Below are positions 58,169-64,000 of a DNA stretch of 64,000 bases, in pieces. A program made the translations under genes and the position numbers. Position 1 is the stretch's first letter. Each line of letters begins with the position of its first letter. The notes beneath the pieces are model-generated. The model searched no databases. It saw only the letters and a list, made by a program, of their open reading frames with translations, and had not been told where the DNA came from. The stretch is from positions 32,001-96,000 of the IMG/VR virus record IMGVR_UViG_3300028591_000079; one strand, written 5' to 3'. This DNA is from a virus. Its lineage: Duplodnaviria > Caudoviricetes.

Positions 58169-58720
58169 ATGGATAATAAAATAAAACTTACATTGTTGTT
58201 GGTCTTTTGGGCTCTTATATTTTTTATTGTTGGTATTGGTGTTTCTGCTAGAGCTAATGCAAACAATATGGCTTTTCAATATGGTGTCTTGTATCCTCAA
58301 TATGTTAGAAATGCAAATTGTGAAATAGAAAAAATCTTAGTAGAAAAATCTCAAAAGAAAATGCACCTAATTGATTGTAATGGTAATGTAGTCAAGTCTT
58401 ATAATGTGGTAACTGGTAAAAACAAAGGCGCTAAACAATGTGATGGCGATAAAAAAACTCCAGAAGGCACTTACCATATTATAGAAAAACGTGACTCTAA
58501 ATATTATAAATTCTTGGCTTTAGATTATCCACAAGCTAAGGATATAAAAAAAGCAAAAGAATTAGGATGTAAGCCAGGAGACTCAATCGGTATTCATGGT
58601 TGGATTGAAGGACTTCCACTTGATGGTTCTCTTGGGTGTGTGCGGGTTATGACCAAAGAAGAAATATTAGAAATTGAAAAAATGGTAAAAGTAGGAACAG
58701 AAGTAGAGATAGTTAAATAA
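58169..58720 (+). CDS. L,D-transpeptidase (YkuD) family protein with N-terminal signal/TM
   Basis: GDKKTPEG, LDYP, IGIHG, SLGCVR catalytic His/Cys. Confidence 0.9.
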   Translation: MDNKIKLTLLLVFWALIFFIVGIGVSARANANNMAFQYGVLYPQYVRNANCEIEKILVEKSQKKMHLIDCNGNVVKSYNVVTGKNKGAKQCDGDKKTPEGTYHIIEKRDSKYYKFLALDYPQAKDIKKAKELGCKPGDSIGIHGWIEGLPLDGSLGCVRVMTKEEILEIEKMVKVGTEVEIVK

Positions 58721-58726
58721 TTTTTC

Positions 58727-58755
58727 TTGACTTTGTAGTTCTATTAGATTATCAT
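58727..58755 (+). promoter_or_regulatory. promoter of tRNA cluster
   Basis: TTGACT-17-TATCAT just upstream of first tRNA. Confidence 0.65.
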
Positions 58756-58762
58756 AATCATT

Positions 58763-58838
58763 GGGGTTGTAGCTCAGTTGGTAGAGCACCTGCTTTGCAA
58801 GCAGGGGGTCGTCAGTTCGAGTCTGATCAGCTCCACCA
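58763..58838 (+). tRNA. tRNA-Ala(UGC)
   Basis: Full cloverleaf, canonical TTCGA, encoded CCA. Confidence 0.95.
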
Positions 58839-58840
58839 GT

Positions 58841-58914
58841 GGTCCTGTCGTCTAAAGGAAGGACACCACCCTTTCAAGGTGAGAATGCGGTCTCGGGATC
58901 CGCCAGGACTACCA
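58841..58914 (+). tRNA. tRNA-Glu(UUC), atypical T-arm
   Basis: Acceptor GGTCCTG/CAGGACT, anticodon loop CTTTCAA, CCA. Confidence 0.85.
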
Positions 58915-58921
58915 TTTTTAT

Positions 58922-58997
58922 TCCCGCTTAGCTCAATGAGTAGAGCATCTGACTGTTAATCAGAAGGTTGTTGGGGCGGAGCCAACAGCGGGAGCCA
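58922..58997 (+). tRNA. tRNA-Asn(GUU), atypical T-loop
   Basis: Acceptor TCCCGCT/AGCGGGA, loop CTGTTAA, CCA. Confidence 0.9.
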
Positions 58998-58998
58998 C

Positions 58999-59074
58999 GC
59001 CTGTGTAGCACAATTGGTAGTGCATCCGATTTGTAATCGGAAGGTTGGCGGATCATGCCCGTCCACAGGCACCA
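58999..59074 (+). tRNA. tRNA-Thr(UGU), atypical T-loop
   Basis: Acceptor GCCTGTG/CACAGGC, loop TTTGTAA, CCA. Confidence 0.9.
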
Positions 59075-59082
59075 TTTTTATT

Positions 59083-59168
59083 GGGTCACTATTCCACTAA
59101 AGACGTGGGGCGGACTGTAAATCCGTTATCTTTCGATTGGCCTGGAGCGTTACCAGGGTGGCCCACCA
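59083..59168 (+). tRNA. tRNA-Tyr(GUA), long variable arm, atypical T-loop
   Basis: Acceptor GGGTCAC/GTGGCCC, loop CTGTAAA, CCA. Confidence 0.88.
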
Positions 59169-59176
59169 TCATATTT

Positions 59177-59202
59177 TACCACATTTATATGTGGTATTTT
59201 TT
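59177..59202 (+). terminator. intrinsic terminator after tRNA-Tyr
   Basis: TACCACAT-TTAT-ATGTGGTA then T-tract. Confidence 0.65.
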
Positions 59203-59268
59203 ATTAAATATTTCAAACATTAGTATGAAAAATAAGTTCTAATACTTATCCAGCAAAAGGTAAGTATT

Positions 59269-60159
59269 ATGTTTAATTGTAAATATTGTAATGAAAAATT
59301 TGAAAATGCCAAAAAAGTTGCAGCACATACAAAATGGTGCAAACAAAATCCAAATCGTGGGGTTGGGGTGTTGAAAATAAAACACAGATATTGTGCTATT
59401 TGTGGAAAAGAAATTTTTTGGAACAAAAAACACAGGAGTAAAGTGTGTGATAATGAAAATTGCAAAAAAGAAATAAGAAAACATACTGATGATTATAAAA
59501 AATCAATGTCTAAAAAAAGAAAAAAATGGCTAAAAGAACATCCAAATTTGCATCCATGGAAAAATAATAACAAATTTATATCAAAACCATGTGAACATTT
59601 AAAAAATATATTACAAAAAAACAATATTTTTTTTGAAAAAGAATTTTCGCCAATAGAAAACAGATTTTTTTCAATAGATATATTTATTCCATCTAAAAAT
59701 ATTGGATTAGAAGTGAACGGAAATCAACATTACACAAAAGATGGTAATTTAAAAAAATATTATCAAAACAGACATGATCTTATTGAAAAACATGGAATAA
59801 AATTAATAGAAATACATTATGCAATGGTTTATAATAATAATTTTATTGTTGATCTTTTGGGTTTTATAAATAATTTAAAAGAGATAAATATTGATCAATA
59901 TAAAAAAGATGTAAAATTATCTAAAAAACAAAAAATTATTGAACAAAAAAAATATAGAGAAAACAAAGCGAAGGAAAAAATACAAAAAAGAATTCAAAAA
60001 ATACAAAATATGAACATAAATTTTTCAAAATTTGGTTGGAACACCAAAGTGTCAAAAAATCTTCAAATTTCAAACACACAAGTAAGACGTTTTATGGAAA
60101 AATATATGCCAGAATTTTATTCAAAATGTTATAAAAGAAAAAGTTGTAAAAAAAATTAA
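59269..60159 (+). CDS. putative free-standing homing endonuclease (Vsr/DUF559-like PD-(D/E)xK with Zn fingers)
   Basis: CKYC..H...C, CAIC; FSIDIF..IGLEVNGNQHY; located inside tRNA cluster, very AT-rich. Confidence 0.7.
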   Translation: MFNCKYCNEKFENAKKVAAHTKWCKQNPNRGVGVLKIKHRYCAICGKEIFWNKKHRSKVCDNENCKKEIRKHTDDYKKSMSKKRKKWLKEHPNLHPWKNNNKFISKPCEHLKNILQKNNIFFEKEFSPIENRFFSIDIFIPSKNIGLEVNGNQHYTKDGNLKKYYQNRHDLIEKHGIKLIEIHYAMVYNNNFIVDLLGFINNLKEINIDQYKKDVKLSKKQKIIEQKKYRENKAKEKIQKRIQKIQNMNINFSKFGWNTKVSKNLQISNTQVRRFMEKYMPEFYSKCYKRKSCKKN

Positions 60160-60171
60160 ACATGCTATTAT
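60144..60171 (+). promoter_or_regulatory. phage promoter for second tRNA group
   Basis: TTGTAA-AAAAAATTAAACATGC-TATTAT. Confidence 0.6.
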
Positions 60172-60180
60172 ATAAATATA

Positions 60181-60255
60181 GCCCCTGTGGTGTAATAGAT
60201 AGCATTTATCTCTTCTAAAGATACGATCCTGGCGCACATCCAGGCAGGGGTGCCA
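60181..60255 (+). tRNA. tRNA-Arg(UCU), atypical T-loop
   Basis: Acceptor GCCCCTG/CAGGGGT, loop CTTCTAA, CCA. Confidence 0.88.
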
Positions 60256-60262
60256 GTTTTAT

Positions 60263-60347
60263 CCGTCTGTGGCGGAATTGGTAGACGCTCAGCACTAAGG
60301 ATGCTGTGGAGAAACCCGTGGGGGTTCAAGTCCCCCCAGACGGACCA
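60263..60347 (+). tRNA. tRNA-Leu(AAG)
   Basis: Leu-type D-arm GGCGGAATTGGTAGACGC, stem CAGCA/TGCTG, loop CTAAGGA, long variable arm, TTCAAGT, CCA. Confidence 0.88.
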
Positions 60348-60366
60348 AAAACAAAGGAGAAGAATT

Positions 60367-60930
60367 ATGAGTCGTATTGCTGTACCAAATATAAATGGAA
60401 CCATTGGAGCCATAACTGCTGTAGATAATTCCATAGATGCTTCTGGTTCTTGGGGACAAATTATTGGAGATTGTGGTAGTCCTATTTATACTACTGGTTA
60501 TCAATCTTCTTCTACTCGTATTGAAAACGTTTATAGTCTACAAGAGCGTCATAAAACATATAAAATCATCAGCGCAACAATATCGGAGTATAAAAAGAAC
60601 AAAAAGAATTATATATTAGGTGTTGGTAATTATTATTCATATGGCATTGGTAGAGAGTCTGGTTTGAGTTTTAAGATCAACACAACAATCGATATAAATT
60701 TATTTAACAAAAGAGAGCAAAGAACCGAGAAGATATGCAATGTAAGTCAATATGCGGCTCCTATATTTGAAAATTGTGTTATGAAGTTTTTGAACGATCA
60801 TGCGGAAGAATTTTTAGAATTATTAGAGTCCGAAACAAAAAAAGATGTTATAAGTTTTGCCAAGGAAGAGGGGCAAAAGTTGAAAGACCAGTTAGAGTTT
60901 ATTGAAGAATTAGAAAAGATAGGAGACTAA
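60367..60930 (+). CDS. hypothetical protein
   Basis: AAGGAG SD; start moved downstream of tRNA-Leu. Confidence 0.75.
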   Translation: MSRIAVPNINGTIGAITAVDNSIDASGSWGQIIGDCGSPIYTTGYQSSSTRIENVYSLQERHKTYKIISATISEYKKNKKNYILGVGNYYSYGIGRESGLSFKINTTIDINLFNKREQRTEKICNVSQYAAPIFENCVMKFLNDHAEEFLELLESETKKDVISFAKEEGQKLKDQLEFIEELEKIGD

Positions 60931-60932
60931 AT

Positions 60933-61490
60933 ATGAAGAAATTTACTGTTATTATGAATTGTATTAGTTTATTATTGATAGGTTTTATTTCCGTTATGCT
61001 TTTGACATGGAGTGTAAGTGCTGAAACAATAAGGGGCAAAGCAAGAGTTATAGATGGGGATACGATAGAAATAAACGGAGAAAAGATTAGATTATTGTGT
61101 GTTGATACTCCGGAAAGCAATTATCGTGGAAAGACTCAGTATTGCTTAGATAATGAGACTGATTGTGGTGATTTAGCTAAAAAAGCATTAAAACGTTTAA
61201 TTGGCAATGAACATGAAGTATGGTGTGAATATGAAAAACATGATATGTATGGTAGAATATTAGGTATGTGTCAAGAGTATTCATATTGGAATACATATCC
61301 ATATTGGGGTACCTATAATTATGAAATGATTTATTATGGATATGCTTGGTTTTATCCTGGTGGCAAAGAATGTGAAGAATTTAAACAAGCTTTTGAAAGT
61401 GCTAAAGAAAAAGGTCGTGGTTTATTTAATGAAGAATTAGGTGGATTTAAAGAACCAAAATTATGGAGGAAAAAGAGAAGCAATGACTAA
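60933..61490 (+). CDS. thermonuclease (SNase-like) with N-terminal signal/TM
   Basis: VIDGDTI, IRLLCVDTPE, DMYGRILG, GYAW. Confidence 0.92.
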   Translation: MKKFTVIMNCISLLLIGFISVMLLTWSVSAETIRGKARVIDGDTIEINGEKIRLLCVDTPESNYRGKTQYCLDNETDCGDLAKKALKRLIGNEHEVWCEYEKHDMYGRILGMCQEYSYWNTYPYWGTYNYEMIYYGYAWFYPGGKECEEFKQAFESAKEKGRGLFNEELGGFKEPKLWRKKRSND

Positions 61491-61680
61491 AACAATGCGC
61501 AATGTTTGTATTATGTTGGTTGTCATAGCTGTATTTTTGTGGCTTGTAGGTTTAGGTCTTGATTATCTAAAAGAAGCATCAATGACAAATAATGCGAAAA
61601 CTGGCTGGATTGTTTTTGGTTGGATTGGTGGTTGGGTTGTTATGGGACTTATTGCTAATTGGCTAGAACAAAGAGAGTGA
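61483..61680 (+). CDS. small two-TM membrane protein
   Basis: Two hydrophobic segments. Confidence 0.65.
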   Translation: MTKTMRNVCIMLVVIAVFLWLVGLGLDYLKEASMTNNAKTGWIVFGWIGGWVVMGLIANWLEQRE

Positions 61681-61684
61681 ATGA

Positions 61685-62125
61685 ATGGTAAATGATATGT
61701 TTGTTTTGAATAAGAAGATTGCTAAATTACGTCATTGTCACACTATCTATAATAATAATTTAGATTTAATGTATGATGCAAACGGAAAACAAACTGAACT
61801 AAGAAAAGAAATCAATCGTTTGCTATATAAAATTGCTACTGGGGAGCTTGGAACATCTTATCTTGCCGGTGTAAATTCTGAAATAAAATATGCAAAAGAA
61901 AAAATCAAAAAAGAAGAAAAACTAAAACTTGGAATTGGCAAAAGACATAAGAAGAAAAAAGAACCATCAATAGCAGAACAACAGGCGGCATTATTACGAG
62001 GGGTGAAAAATCTAGAAAAACAACAAGACAACCATCATCGGCAAGTATGTTTAGCTAAGATTGGAATGCTAAAAACTCAATTACAACAATCTTATAGAAA
62101 AGCATTGCCATATTATAAAGCTTGA
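61685..62125 (+). CDS. basic hypothetical protein
   Basis: In-operon ORF. Confidence 0.65.
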   Translation: MVNDMFVLNKKIAKLRHCHTIYNNNLDLMYDANGKQTELRKEINRLLYKIATGELGTSYLAGVNSEIKYAKEKIKKEEKLKLGIGKRHKKKKEPSIAEQQAALLRGVKNLEKQQDNHHRQVCLAKIGMLKTQLQQSYRKALPYYKA

Positions 62126-62149
62126 GTTTGTAATTAAATTTGATACAAT
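62122..62149 (+). promoter_or_regulatory. phage promoter (AATTAAA-spacer class)
   Basis: TTGAGT-TTGTAATTAAATTTGA-TACAAT. Confidence 0.7.
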
Positions 62150-62172
62150 GGTAATATAAAAGGAGATAAAGT

Positions 62173-63450
62173 ATGAAACAATATAAATTCAAAAATGGCT
62201 TAGTATTATTATATGAAAAGAATAAATACAATAATTTAGACTCTTTTCAAGTAAATGTTGGTACCGGATCATTATTAGAAGGAGAAGGTGAATATGGGAT
62301 TAATCATCTTATAGAACATCTTATTTTTAAATCCACAAAAAAACGTACAACACAACAGATTTCAACAGAATTAGAAATAACTGGAGCCAATATAAACGCA
62401 TGGACAAGTTATAGTAATGTTCGTTTTTATTTTGATGTATTACCGAAGCATTTAGAAAAGTGTGCAGAAATTTATGCTGATATGTTGTTCAATAAAGACA
62501 TAAAATTATCAGAATTCAAAATGGAACGTGATGTGGTATGTCAAGAAATTGCAATGTACGAAGATCATCCGGCGGTAATAAATGAAGAAAATTGGTGGAA
62601 TAAGTTTTATAACTGGAAACCTGTAGCTGGAACGATTGAAAGCGTGAAAACAATAACTCTTGGAAAAGCAAACAGATATATCGAAAAATATTATAACCCT
62701 CAAAATATGGTAATTTCTGTTTGTTCTAGATTGTCATTTCTTACCATAAAAAAGATTGTTGCAAAATATTATGGCTGTATTGAAAATCGTGAAGAAGCAA
62801 TTACAACCAAAGAAGCCTGGAATTTTATGTCTTATCAAGGACGCAGATCTTTTATTAAGAGCGATGTATTCAAAAAAGAAGTATATAAAAAGAAAAAGAA
62901 AACATCACAGGTTCAGATTGCTTATGGATATGATATGAAAGACTTTAATATTGAAGAAATAGAATTTTTGAACAATATTTTGTCTGATGGCCTATCCAGT
63001 ATCTTATATCGCGAAATTAGAGAAAAATATGGTTTGTGTTATGGATTTCATATTGATACAGATCCATATTATAACAAACAGGTAATGGAAGATCAGTGCC
63101 TTGTTTCTATGATAAAAGCAAGCACAGAATCTCAAAATGTGGACAAGTTTTGTAAAATATTTGAAGGCGTAATGTCTGATATAAAATCTGGTGAATTAAT
63201 ATTAGATAGTGATATTGAAAGGGTAAAAAATATTTATGAATCAAAAGAAATAAAAGCAGAAGATGTTGCCTCATATAATCACTATAGATACAATTCAATA
63301 TGTTGCGATTATCCAAGTCTTGAAAAAATGAAAAAAAGAATTTTGAAACGTAGCAACAGAGAAATAAGAGAATTGATTAATTATATGTTGGAGAATTCGA
63401 ATTTTAATGTCAGCATGCTTGGAAATATTGATACCAAAAAGATTAAATGA
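62173..63450 (+). CDS. M16 family zinc peptidase
   Basis: Inverted motif HLIEH, INAWTS, ERDVVCQEI, SSILYREIREKYGLCY. Confidence 0.93.
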   Translation: MKQYKFKNGLVLLYEKNKYNNLDSFQVNVGTGSLLEGEGEYGINHLIEHLIFKSTKKRTTQQISTELEITGANINAWTSYSNVRFYFDVLPKHLEKCAEIYADMLFNKDIKLSEFKMERDVVCQEIAMYEDHPAVINEENWWNKFYNWKPVAGTIESVKTITLGKANRYIEKYYNPQNMVISVCSRLSFLTIKKIVAKYYGCIENREEAITTKEAWNFMSYQGRRSFIKSDVFKKEVYKKKKKTSQVQIAYGYDMKDFNIEEIEFLNNILSDGLSSILYREIREKYGLCYGFHIDTDPYYNKQVMEDQCLVSMIKASTESQNVDKFCKIFEGVMSDIKSGELILDSDIERVKNIYESKEIKAEDVASYNHYRYNSICCDYPSLEKMKKRILKRSNREIRELINYMLENSNFNVSMLGNIDTKKIK

Positions 63451-63529
63451 TGTTACATTAATTGAGATTAAGGTCTGGTAATTCTGGGCCTTTTTCTTTA
63501 TAATGTGGGAGTAAGTAAAAGGAGATTGT

Positions 63530-64000
63530 ATGAAAAACCAACTCAAAAAATTTAGTTTTAGTATTGTTTTACACACGCTTAAGGAAATAGAAGATTTGTT
63601 TGCTGGTAATTGGAATTCTCTGAAAGTTGAAACAGAAGAAAGACCAATAAGGGCGCAAGATGATGACAACAGCATAGAAGAAAGAATAAAAGATTTTGAA
63701 CTTATGCAGCTTATTAAATACAAAAAAAATGCATATTTAGAACCATACAAAAAAAGAAATAAAAGTATGGAACATTACTCCCGTTGGTTGCTGAATTTTA
63801 TGGATATTTCTAATTTTGCGTATTTTTTGGCCTCTAATTGTCATAAGTTAAATATTGAGAGTATTTATAATTTTGAATGTAAAATAAATTCATTAGAGGA
63901 AACAAAAGTTTTTCTGAAAGAGTGGAATGATTCTAATGGGAATTTGCCTGCAGAAAGTATAATACAATTTTTCAAAAAAAAGATTGTGCGGGAGATGATT
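63530..64000 (+). CDS. hypothetical protein, 3'-truncated
   Basis: AAGGAG SD, ATG 63530, frame appears open to window end. Confidence 0.6.
   Translation, partial: MKNQLKKFSFSIVLHTLKEIEDLFAGNWNSLKVETEERPIRAQDDDNSIEERIKDFELMQLIKYKKNAYLEPYKKRNKSMEHYSRWLLNFMDISNFAYFLASNCHKLNIESIYNFECKINSLEETKVFLKEWNDSNGNLPAESIIQFFKKKIVREMI

Noticed and set aside
59045-59242. 65-aa ORF, and the N-terminal extension of ORF 60250-60930
   Set aside because: They overlap well-formed tRNA genes; the real start of the latter is 60367
136-63750. Many short ORFs antisense to or out of frame with the called genes
   Set aside because: No SD, atypical composition, fully overlapping better-supported genes

Overview
AT-rich segment of a large lytic dsDNA bacteriophage genome (standard code, dense short ORFs, 7 tRNAs, no rRNA, no CRISPR, no structural or replication core genes seen). 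Five zones. (1) 1-11.1 kb (+): biosynthetic/modification operon with DegT aminotransferase, two GT2s, FdtA-like isomerase, NodU/CmcH carbamoyltransferase and five copies of an unusual radical-SAM domain (one truncated by the window edge, one fused to a MiaB-like methylthiotransferase). (2) 11.2-15.7 kb (+): nucleotide-metabolism accessory genes. (3) 15.7-28.6 kb (-) and 50.1-57 kb (+): two outward-pointing blocks of small orphan genes. About 34 of their proteins end in a shared hydrophobic tail (typically [IL]-E-x-L-L-x-stop), and they are driven by one promoter class (TTGnnn-16 bp with AATTAAA-TGnTAnAAT). (4) 29-49.9 kb (-): a pre-early/host-takeover-like module (MoxR AAA + VWA, many small acidic proteins with strong SD), bounded by helically phased AGTC arrays. 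By manual scan it lacks GATC for ~14 kb and GTAC for ~18 kb, and it ends in two predicted structured sRNAs whose loops are antisense to SD+AUG. (5) 57-64 kb (+): L,D-transpeptidase, tRNA cluster with non-canonical T-loops, endonuclease, thermonuclease and M16 peptidase. All calls come from reading motifs by eye; no database searches were run.
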